A stretch of 64,000 bases of DNA from Thalia democratica (taxonomy: Eukaryota). Below are positions 54,601-64,000 of the stretch, piece by piece (within the stretch, counting starts at the first letter, position 1; the number at the start of each line of letters is the position of its first letter). The stretch covers positions 30,752,001-30,816,000 of the forward strand of contig OZ241833.1 in NCBI GenBank assembly GCA_965202585.1. Reading direction: 5' to 3'. Under the pieces are notes generated by a model. That model did no database searches. It saw only the letters and a program-made list of their open reading frames with translations, and had not been told where the DNA came from. A program made the position numbers and the translations under genes.

Positions 54601-57600
54601 TGCATGGGTCTCCAGTGATTCTGCTGGCTCGACGAAGTTGTCCACAGCAGTATTGGGTAAGCGCTGTCTTCCACAACGTACACGTTGAACGCTCCTTCAA
54701 GTGTATACAACATATGTTTAATGTTTTAAGTTACAAAAATGTGTGCCATTCGCGCAGTATGTGTAAAAAATATAGAACATTAGATAAAAAAATTTAATAT
54801 GTGATAAGTTTTCAAATGTTCGTAAAGTCATCTAAGTTTGTTTACCCTAAAAATATCAAAAAAAATATTTTAGTATATCAGCGTAAAAAGCTTCGCACAA
54901 CCTGCAAACTTTAAATTTAGTAACAAAGTTTGTTGAAACTTGTTTAAAACTACAAGCTAAAGCGTTTTTTATGCAGTAGTTTCTAAAGTAACTTTACCAT
55001 TTATCTCTTCAACAAACTAAAACTTTTAAAATTTTACACGAATAGTTGTTTCTCACCGATGTCTTTCCCATTTATGTTGGTGTAGAAGCTCATGCAGTGG
55101 TCGGCCCCGAACTCGTAGGTCTTGGACTCCAGCCTGGCCTTCTCTCCCACTTTCCTGCCCTCCGGCACATACATGTAGTGACCTTCGGTGGTCCCGTACG
55201 TGTGGTCGAAGTCAATAGCTGTTTTGCGAAAACGTTTAATGGTAAGGGTGGTTTTAGCGTGCAATGCAAAAGTCAGTTTTGTGAGTGTTACAGTTTGCAA
55301 CTGATGTAAAAGGAATGGCACAGTGTGGTAAAAGTTTAAACTAAGCTTCGGTGGTTTATGGATGTACTTTATGTGAGAAAACGATAAATGGACATATTTT
55401 TAAAGCTATTTTAGAAATGGCCTTTTTTAGTGTCGATGATAAATATTACAAAAAAAAATAAGATTAAGTCTCAGTAACTTACCGAAGTGCTTTGCATAAA
55501 ATAACGGTAATGCGAAAAAACCTTCTACAGTTGTTTTGATTTAAATGTATGATAAACTTGCAATTATAAAGCGCAAAACTTCTGATGGTGCCAATTAATT
55601 TTTCAACTTTGTTCGCAAGTATGCACGTTACAAATAAACATTTGTCTACAAACTTGGCGCGTTTTCCCCATCAATTCCGCCGCCTCTCCTCCAGAAGAAG
55701 TTTGCCGTGTCGTCGTTGGTGTATCCGCACAGGGAATCCCCGTCTTCGAAACCGCAATCCAACGTTGCAGGGCAGTATCCGTACTCGAACTGATACATAA
55801 AACGAAAGAATTTAGTAGGTTTTAAAATAAACTTTATTTTATTTTTGATTGAAATTAATATCTTAAAACTAATCAAAAGTCGTTGAAAACAGTTTAAAAA
55901 GAATTTTTTGAAGTAGGTTACAAATTTTAATGTATTTCATGTTGAAGTAATTAAGACCTTTGTAAACAGCTTGGAAAATATATAAAATATGTGAAAAGAG
56001 TTTTATTTTCACATATTCATTTTAATTGTTTAAACTTCACCAACGTGAACGTCATCAATGGCGATGTCTCCGGCCCAGGACACTCCTTTCGTTGCTTCAA
56101 TGACTATTTGTATCGGCTGTTGTCTGTCTATGTGGGCCTGAACAAAAGTAAAAGTTATAAAGTGATTAACGACTTCTACAAACTTTGCTCTGGTAGTTTT
56201 ATTGATTCATAGGCGTTTTTTAACCTTTTAAAATTATTTCTAATGTTTTTGATAACAAGAACATCAAGATGATTTCAGATCTACTTTTTTTTATAACTGA
56301 AAGAAACGTGTAATATTATATACCTTTATTTATAAATAAATATATAAACATATATCATTTAGTACCTGTCCGTAGATCCATCTGGGTCCTTTGGTCCCCT
56401 TCCTCGTCCAGACGAGGTCCTGTTCTCCTCCGTTCGTCTTCCAGTAGACGTTCAACCGATCTATGTCCCTGCCGTACATAAAGTAGTAGAACTCAATGCA
56501 AACTCCGGTGTCGTCTGTTTGAAAGTTGTTTTTGTTTTTCATACATTTATGTTTTTGTTATGAACAGTTATAAAAAATTTTAAACGTTGAAAAGTTTAAC
56601 TCTTTAGATGAAACAGTTGGAAGATAAAATCTTACAAAACTGCTGTCTTGTTTAACCTACTTAGATATTAAGTTTAAAATGAAAACTAAACAGCAATACG
56701 TAACAAAGTTTGGAATTCTAAGCACAGTTAATAAAACATTTGGCTTGTGCTTTGCAAAATAAACAAAAAACAAAAGTTGTTACGCTAAAAAATTAACGCT
56801 TTAAGTAACGCTAAAAAAGTACTTTCATTTTACAATATAACAACACAAACTGGGTTGTGTTACGTTGCTACCTACTTTTCACATGCACAGCTTTTAAGGT
56901 TTTTGAGAACTACTTATATTAACGATATGTTTACAAAAATAAAAACAGTAACAATAATATTACAAACTGGGTTGCAGGACATTGCTGATCAGCCTCGCGG
57001 CGTCTCCCTGGTCACCATCGCTGGCCTCTATGTACGCGTAACTGCCCAGGGACGTCCCCAGGGTGTGGTCGTACTGGGGCCCGGTGGACGTGGACACGGT
57101 GCCGCCCGTCCCGCGCTTCCACTGCATCTCGTCCGTGTCGTCCTGGATCCAGTAGCAGTAGCTGTTGAGGTTGAAATTTTATTTAATCGGTTTTTAGTCA
57201 TTACGAATTGTAAAAGTAGCCAGGTTTGAAAACGCGTTGAATAAAATTTTTCTTAAAATTTTTGTTTCAATCTCTTTTTTTTGATGAAGTTTTTGCAAAA
57301 AAACATCAAAAGTTAATAAAATGCTATTAGTTAGTTAGTTTTAGCTTATGTTGAAATTTTAAAAATACTCGAAACCACAGAGTCAGATAATATATATCGT
57401 TGATACTTTGCAATGGTCATCTTTTGAAATACAAGCAAAGTAATTCAGAAAATAGTTTTTTTTTTGAATTTTTAGAAACATAGTTTTGAAAGCTTAAACT
57501 AACCGACGACTGTTTTACCTCCCAACTAATCAATATACATAAAAATATAACAACAAAAATACCCGTTTTCAAAATCGCAGTCGCTCTTGGTGGGCTTCTG

Positions 57601-60600
57601 GTCCTTGTGCGTCTGCCAGGGTACAGTCGTGGTGGGTGGGCCGGATGTTGGGCAAGCGGTTGGAACGACCACGATGTCGTCCAAGGCTATGTGGCCGGTG
57701 CCCTGCTGTCCACTGGATGCTGTTTGCGCTGTACAAACAATTGATGAGCTTAATGATAATTCATTTTTCATAGAAGTTTTTGTGTAAAATTGTTTTTTAT
57801 AATTTTTTTGTTTATCTTTTGTTGAAAAAATTTGTTTATAAAGCAAATAGCGCTCAAATCAATAAAAAAACGTTGTAAGACTACTTAGAACTTTGCAAAA
57901 ACTTTGTGTGACCGTAAACTTTTATAAACTTTCAACTGGTTGGCAATCTACAGCTTCTCAGTTAAAGAATAAACAAAACAAACAGTTCCACCAACAAACC
58001 TTCAAAAATGATCCAGAAACTTTCCGCTTGGCTGAACTGCAGCTGCTGCATCTTCCACACGTTGCCCTGACTACCGATCTTCTGCCACTGGGAGGCTGAG
58101 GGGTTGGGGCTGGACTGCGTTGCCACTGACAACTTGAGAGTGCCTACCCCTTCGCCGTACATGTGGTAGTAGAATGTTATGCACCTGAAACGAGGGTTAA
58201 GTTTAAAAACTAGAAAAATATCTTGCAAGCTTGATGCGTCGCAGCAAACATTTTGCGGGATTAAAACAAAGTTTATAGTATGGCAACGTTGAGTGAAAAC
58301 AAAATAAAAGTTTTATTTTTTAAAGTTGGGATGAAACTATTTTAAGGTAATAATCTTATATATGAGTTCAACAACGTAATTTTATTAGTTAAATGTAAGA
58401 AGCTTTCAACTCAAAGACAGTTGCATTTAAAACTAGGTTTAAAAAATTAAATTAAAACCTTCTGCTAGAATTACTAATTATATGGTATAATACCTGTCAG
58501 TGATACCGGTGGTTGTGTCAACGGTGAAAACTTCAGACAACAACTTGGATTTACTTCCGCTCGGTCCTGAGCTCATGTCCGCAAAAACCGAGTGACCCTG
58601 GCTCGTGTCTGGGTGTTATTTTATTTTACCTTTTAAATGCTTTTGATTCGTGTGAAAAAGTATCAAAGTTTAAGTAAAAAAACTGACATTAGTTTCCATT
58701 AAAATTTTAAGCTAAGTTTTTGGTTTTCTGTTCGATCGCAAAATAATGGAAACCAAAAATGATAAACCTCTATAGGTTTGGAGCATGCAGCTTTAGCATG
58801 CAAAAGTCAAGTTAGTCAACATTCTGTTTAGAAGTAACTCAACATGGCTGAAGTTTAATGTAAAACATAAAAAAGACTATGTTTGTGTTTGATATAAAAA
58901 TAAACTAACTTAAAATATTTTAAGTGAGTTTTATTGAAATCTCATATTATTACAAAATGTTATAATATTATTTTAATTTATATTCGATATTAGATATATT
59001 AGATAAAAGCACTTAGAAGATAAAAATTCACTAAATTGCTGTCTTGTTTAGCCCACCTAAATGTTAAGTTATCTAAAATGGTTATTAAAAACCTTATATT
59101 ATACTATATTAAGTAATTAAGTAATTATATTATAAGTTATACATGTTTTTTTTATTAAATTGTCACAAGCTCACCATTGATGTGGTCGAATTTTAATTAA
59201 TAGCAAAAATATATTATTATATGTAACTTCATTTGAAGAAACTCAAGTTAATCTTGTTCAAAAAGCTCACCGGTGGTGTGGTCAAACTGGGGGGCGACCT
59301 GCGAGTTGGCCCTGCTGTCCCACAGCCAGTCGAAATCGTCCCCTTTCGCGTTGAAGTAGGTGCAGAGGCCGGCCTCGAAGTCGCAGGTTCCCGGTTTGGG
59401 GCAGCTGCTGTCCAGCATCAGCACGTCGTCTATCGCCACCGAGCCCTGCGTGCTGTCACCTGCCGGAAGAAAAAAAATTGGTAACATGCGGCACTGAAAA
59501 AATAAAGTTGATGGTTTTAGTTGCGCATTGGCATTGTAGTTGTGAGATGTCAGTCACGCTAGATTTTGTTTTATGTGCATGATTAAAAATTTTATCTGTA
59601 ACAAGTAAGCTTTTCTTATCTTCGTAGGTTACAGTTGGAAAATATGGTCGAGTATTCAAGTAAAGACTTTATAAGTTATCATACACCTTGTACTAAATGA
59701 AATTGCATCAATTACAAACTACGCTATTTAGACTTGAAAAAAGCTATTAAGAAGCCACATGGTCACCTTTGTGAGCTTCGAAGGCCACTTACGACGTTGG
59801 GTACATTTCGGCTAACAAAACAAATTTAAATTGTTTACAAACCTCTGTAAGCTTCGAACACAGCGTTGTATTTGTACGCTGAAGGGTACATCTCGGCGTA
59901 CCCCAGCACCCAGGTGTCATCCGAGTTGCTCCCCTGCCTCACGAACGTCACCTGGTTGTGGTCGGTTCCCTGGTCCCTGACCTGCTGCTGAACCTTCAGC
60001 GTTCCCGCGTCGCCGCTCATAGAGTACCAGAACGTCAGGCAGTTGCCGCCTGATAATTTGTAAATAAAGTTAAATAAGTCAATATATTTTAACATTGATG
60101 GTGATAACGTAATAAAGAAGATAATTTAATTTATTTTGAATAATTTATTAAACCTTTAGTAGGAATGATTTTGAGCATTTAATTGGCTAGTTTTTTTGTA
60201 CATGCTAGTTGACTTTTTCAAAAAACCTAATTAATCAACTATTAATCAACCATTATAGACATACTTTGATAGATGAGTAACTTAAAAAAGACATAAAGTG
60301 TAAAAAAATAAATACAAAACAATGAAATCTCACCGAGACAGTTGCCCCAGTATCCGACGTACTCCGACGTCGTGGAGCACCAGGGCCTGTCATGGTCCTC
60401 GTATATGCACGTCCAGTGCTGTACCCCGTTGTAAGTGAAGGGGAAGGCGCATGGTAGGGAATTTCCCGTGCCCCCGGTGGTGTACACAATACCGCGCGCA
60501 CCGCACTGGAGCCAATCACCGTCGTATATCGGGTCCACGGAGCACCACGGCTCGCCGTTGTTGTTCACCGTCGTGCACTCGTAGTACGTCACGTTCTGTG

Positions 60601-63600
60601 TGAAAAAGGAGATTTTTTTTTGTTGAACTCGTTTTTAGTCGATTGTTGTTTTGAAACAAATGTTGAAAGGATTTATACTAACTTGATTGTAGGATGGCTA
60701 TTTATTACACTTTAACAATTTTAAAATCAATTTCTTGAGATTTTGTTAGTTCTTTTACCTAATCTTCGAAACACACACAAAGGTTTAAAGCTGATTTGTA
60801 GACAAACCGCATGAATTATTTATTTTTATGACCACCAAATCGAGGAAATTTAAATATATAGAAAAATTAAAGTTCCATACCTGGTAAACAAACGGGAATG
60901 AGCAGGAAGCTTCCTGGGCGGTAATGTACTCACGTGACTTCAAAGCGGCTTTTCCGCCAGATGGCGCCTCGTTGGGGTCGGCGAATGCGAACTGGCCTAA
61001 AGAGGCTCCTGTCGTGTGGTCGGTGGTCGGACCCGTTCCGTAGTTGGGGCTTCCTGTGATACAGTGTTTGCTTAAAAATAATTTAACAGCAAAAAAAACA
61101 AGAAAAAACAAAAATTTTTCAAAGATATATTGCAGATATTATTTAGTAAAAATGCACATAAATATGATTACAAATCTATTTTGCCATTTTATTTGAAGCA
61201 ACGACGTAACATTCAAGTTACCAGTTTAAACTAGTTTAAACCACATTAACAACAATAATTTTCTAAAAGTAACACGCGTCTGAAAATTAAACCACTTGCT
61301 AAGGCACACACAAGTATGCATTTATGTAAAGCATCTAAAACAAATCTGAATAAATTTTCCCAACCTTGACTGCCGACCTTCCACTGGTAGTCGCCGACGT
61401 TGGCGAAGTTGCACAGCCCCTGCTCGAAATCGCACGCGTCCTTGTCTCCGGGATCCCCCTCGCAGTAGCCGTCGGAGAACGTGACGTCATCGACGCTCAC
61501 GTCACCGTTCCAGCTTCCGGTCTTGGTGACGCGGAAGGCGAGTTTGTAGGCGGAAGTGGGGTTGGAGTAGTGGACGATGCCTGGCAGCCACAAGTCCTTC
61601 GAGCCGCTCGACGTTTTCGCGATCTGTGCGACGATTGATTTTTAAACTTGACGGGGTCGAGACTGCACTTGTATGAACTTTTCTTTTTAGTTTTGTTGAA
61701 AATTAAAAGTTGTGACGAAAATATAATTGTTTGTAATACAACAGTAGTACTTTTTAATATAAAGTAGTAGTAAAAACCGTGGTAAAAATAGGTAAAATAA
61801 CAAATGTTAAAAGTAAGAAATGAAAATAAAGCAACAGAAAAGCTTCGTTAATATATAATAGATTATTCTAATACTTCTAGCTACCAACTCGCTTTTGTAT
61901 TGTTTAAACCCTAGGCTACTTATCATATATTGATAAATACATTGTTATCCGTTTTTACAGCATCAATTTCTTTTAAGCTTTTAACATTTTTTTGAGTTAA
62001 GAAGTGATTCTAGTATACTAGAAAAAATATTTAATGTTCATATATCAAGCTTGAATAACTAACAACTAGCTCCTGCATTGAGTTCTCGTCAATCGCCACA
62101 ACTTCGAACGTTCCGATGTTGGAGCCGTACAGGTGGTAGAAGAACCTCATGCAGAACCCCTGGGTTGTGGTTTGGGGAAAGTACCTGGAAGTGATCAAGC
62201 GTGACGTCGTTCCCGCGCTCAATCCGTCGAAGTGCATGTAGTATCCTGGAGGTTAAACGTAAAATGTTTTAAAGTATGTTGATAAATTAATTAACAATCG
62301 GACCTATATCTAGCAAGTTTTATTTTCTTTTAATTTTCGACTTTGTTATTTTTTCGCTTGACTAAATAAATTTTGAAAGTTGATAACGGTAAATTACAAA
62401 AAGGTTGATGTTTAGTAACGTTCAGTGTAAATAACTACTGATATTTCCATAAACATTAGCTAAAAAACTATTCTATTTAAAGTTTTGCGTATAGTAACAT
62501 AAAAATGTCTTTAAACATTTACAATTATTTTAAATTGCTTTACCTTTCAAAATAATTCAACATTATTTTAAGACAAATTAACCTGTATCAATGGTGGCGA
62601 CCAGTGACACTGGACCATTGTGCAGCGGCTTGTACTTGCAGTCGAACCACGTTGGAATTTCTGTCTGGTCCCTGACCTTCATCGTGACCATCGTCCAAGC
62701 GTCGCGCGCATCTGTGTTGTTTGATTGTTATTTGTTTTGTGGATTTTTTCAAACGTTTCAAAATTGGAAGAAAAAAAGTAAAAGTTGTTAGATAAAATTA
62801 GTTTAATGACTTTATACGTAGAATTTAAGTTTTTGTCTGGATTATTTTGAAACTATCTCCTTACAAACAGCCTTTTCTTTCAATAAATTTAAACAAGTTA
62901 ACATAAAATTTAAAAAAATAAGAAAACAAACTGATCCTGATGGGGCAGTCGTCACCGCCTGCTCCCAGGCTCTCCATGAAAGCCACGTCCGAATCAGTGA
63001 AGTACAACCCCTCGGCAGCGTCCTGGACGGCCATTATTATGATTGACTCATACTCCACCTCTTCGTCCAAAAACTTGATCATTGCTTCCACCTAACGAAT
63101 AAAAATATTTGAAATTATCCATATCAGCAAAGATAAATTTTCATTTTTTCAAACAAAAAAAGCTGTATTTTTTGTATGATATGGTGTGTGTTTAAAATTT
63201 GATTCAACAAGTACATGTTGTCAAAAAATAAATATTACACGGTTAATTTCTGGTACCTTGGTCAACCGAACAATACTAAACTAACTAGCTCTTTTTTTGA
63301 GGATTTTGTATGTTATTGCGTGCTTTCGAAATTAAATGAAAATAAAATTTAAAGCTAAACATCAACAACCAAAACAAAAAAAATCTTATTTCAAACCCCA
63401 GCAGAAGTGACGTAATCATCTGTCTGCCAGGTATCGAAAGCCTTCGAGACGATGGTGTCTTTTACGGGATTGATCACCACAATATTATGCCCCCTAGTGT
63501 TCTTGCACAGGTCGTTTCCGTTCACCTCGATTATACAGTAGTTTCCGTCCTCGTATCCGGCCGATTCCGATTTTACGTGCCACGTGTCTGGATAATATAT

Positions 63601-64000
63601 TGGAGTTAGTTTAAATTCAACTGTCTCAAAATCTTGTGTTGGTAGTGTTACTTGTTTCTTAAACATTGTAATATCTGTGTCTTATTCTACTTACTTAAGT
63701 TGTTGATTTTTAAGTATTTTAGAAATTTTATTAAATTTGAAAATAATATTTATAATTGATGAGTTTTATCTACTGTTGATGCTTCTTGTATATGCTTGCT
63801 TTTGTTTTTGACATACAAAACAACACTTTTCAGCTATTAAAACATGCTCTGTTATAAGTTTTCTTTATTTAATTTGATCGTGTTTCTAAGACTTTTTACA
63901 TTACTTGCAAAAATAAACAACAAATCACAGTCTAAAAAAGCTTTTTCTAACCTGCACCGTTAGTGGTGTGGTCCAGGGAAACCCCCTGATTACTGTCCAC
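27437..64000 (-). CDS. MALRD1: Giant MAM and LDL-receptor class A domain-containing type I membrane protein (MALRD1/Diet1-like) with inserted ILEI and FN2 modules; 5'-partial, 74 exons in window
   Basis: Exons in transcript order: 64000-63952, 63587-63397, 63091-62932, 62711-62583, 62245-62064, 61623-61365, 61053-60881, 60595-60334, 60049-59843, 59459-59271, 58608-58494, 58184-58000, 57728-57563, 57161-56968, 56514-56366, 56137-56045, 55789-55654, 55218-55057, 54694-54570, 54265-54040, 53738-53620, 52870-52675, 52270-52081, 51724-51618, 51355-51183, 50938-50788, 50452-50291, 49842-49648, 49303-49074, 48902-48692, 48380-48204, 47708-47521, 47091-46974, 46568-46379, 46088-45923, 45594-45478, 45171-45079, 44817-44638, 44366-44174, 43812-43556, 43289-43159, 42742-42588, 42181-42016, 41723-41482, 41226-41050, 40679-40550, 40228-40090, 39740-39579, 39331-39115, 38747-38631, 38439-38300, 37951-37784, 37480-37390, 37088-36912, 36722-36665, 36410-36287, 36034-35819, 35516-35385, 35122-35028, 34671-34469, 34075-33866, 33566-33303, 33007-32878, 32536-32386, 32145-32018, 31774-31615, 31328-31175, 30963-30769, 30475-30230, 29996-29785, 29277-29083, 28615-28438, 28019-27932, 27644-27437. 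These sum to 12324 nt (4107 aa + TAA) with consistent phases. Recurrent MAM motifs: CDFE..C.W, GP..DHT, C..F.YHM, IA.DD. Recurrent LDLa motifs: C...CDF..DC.D.SDE. The MAM/LDLa/EGF/TM order matches MALRD1; the symbol is family-level. Confidence 0.92.
27905..27925. repeat. (TA)n microsatellite directly after the TM-exon donor
   Basis: ~10 TA units starting right after gtgagt on the minus strand. Confidence 0.9.
27932..28019 (-). CDS. Transmembrane exon
   Basis: [23 protein letters not shown]; aag/gtgagt boundaries in phase. Confidence 0.88.
28438..29996 (-). CDS. Three membrane-proximal LDLa repeats plus one EGF-like domain
   Basis: [23 protein letters not shown]; [25 protein letters not shown]; [18 protein letters not shown]; [36 protein letters not shown]. 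Confidence 0.88.
30230..52270 (-). CDS. Block of 12 alternating LDLa-MAM units
   Basis: Each MAM (ending IA.DD..F..C) is followed by one LDLa, e.g. [45 protein letters not shown]. Confidence 0.82.
52200..64000 (-). CDS. Block of six consecutive MAM domains with no intervening LDLa
   Basis: IA.DD motif is followed directly by the next C(D/G)FE in exons 61623, 59459, 57728, 55789 and 54265. Confidence 0.8.
52881..53012. repeat. 20-bp minisatellite, ~6.5 copies
   Basis: (a/g)tatgaaacatgagtatttt repeated. Confidence 0.93.
60334..60904 (-). CDS. Two tandem fibronectin type II modules nested in a MAM domain
   Basis: CSFPFVYQ|[23 protein letters not shown] and [24 protein letters not shown] fit the FN2 pattern C.FPF.Y.G..Y..C..WC..W..C. 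Confidence 0.88.
62583..63587 (-). CDS. ILEI/PANDER (FAM3/GG-type) domain, 3 exons, 160 codons, nested in a MAM domain
   Basis: [56 protein letters not shown] matches the RG.N.V..FD..FL..D..LG..RD.W pattern of ILEI/GG domains. Confidence 0.8.

Noticed and set aside
27454-61638. Many plus-strand ORFs in the ORF track (e.g. 30090-30437, 49044-49394, 56855-57229)
   Set aside because: They are antisense shadows of GC3-rich minus-strand exons, with no recognisable domains or own splice logic.

Overview
Eukaryotic, very AT-rich animal genomic DNA with GC-rich exons (invertebrate; exact taxon cannot be determined from sequence alone). It holds two intron-rich genes, both on the minus strand. (1) 27437->64000: the 3' 74 exons (~4107 aa inside the window, 5' end beyond 64000) of a giant MALRD1/Diet1-like type I membrane protein. 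It has >=18 MAM domains, 15 LDLa repeats, one EGF domain, a TM helix and a tail with two NPxF motifs. Unusually, an ILEI/PANDER (GG-type) module and a tandem pair of fibronectin type II modules sit inside two MAM domains. (2) <4111-15374: the first 9 coding exons (TM1-TM9) of an SLC6 amino-acid transporter of the SLC6A15-20 (B0AT/NTT) branch; its 3' exons lie left of the window. A ~12 kb gene-free spacer separates them. Non-coding DNA holds several MITEs with TIRs and TSDs, a 1.78-kb composite hAT-like element inserted in one arm of a foldback, hairpins, mini/microsatellites, and repeated decaying 'shadow' copies of exon edges in adjacent introns. About half of the reconstructed donors are GTT. 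Exon models were built by hand from GT-AG boundaries and reading-phase continuity, with no transcript evidence.
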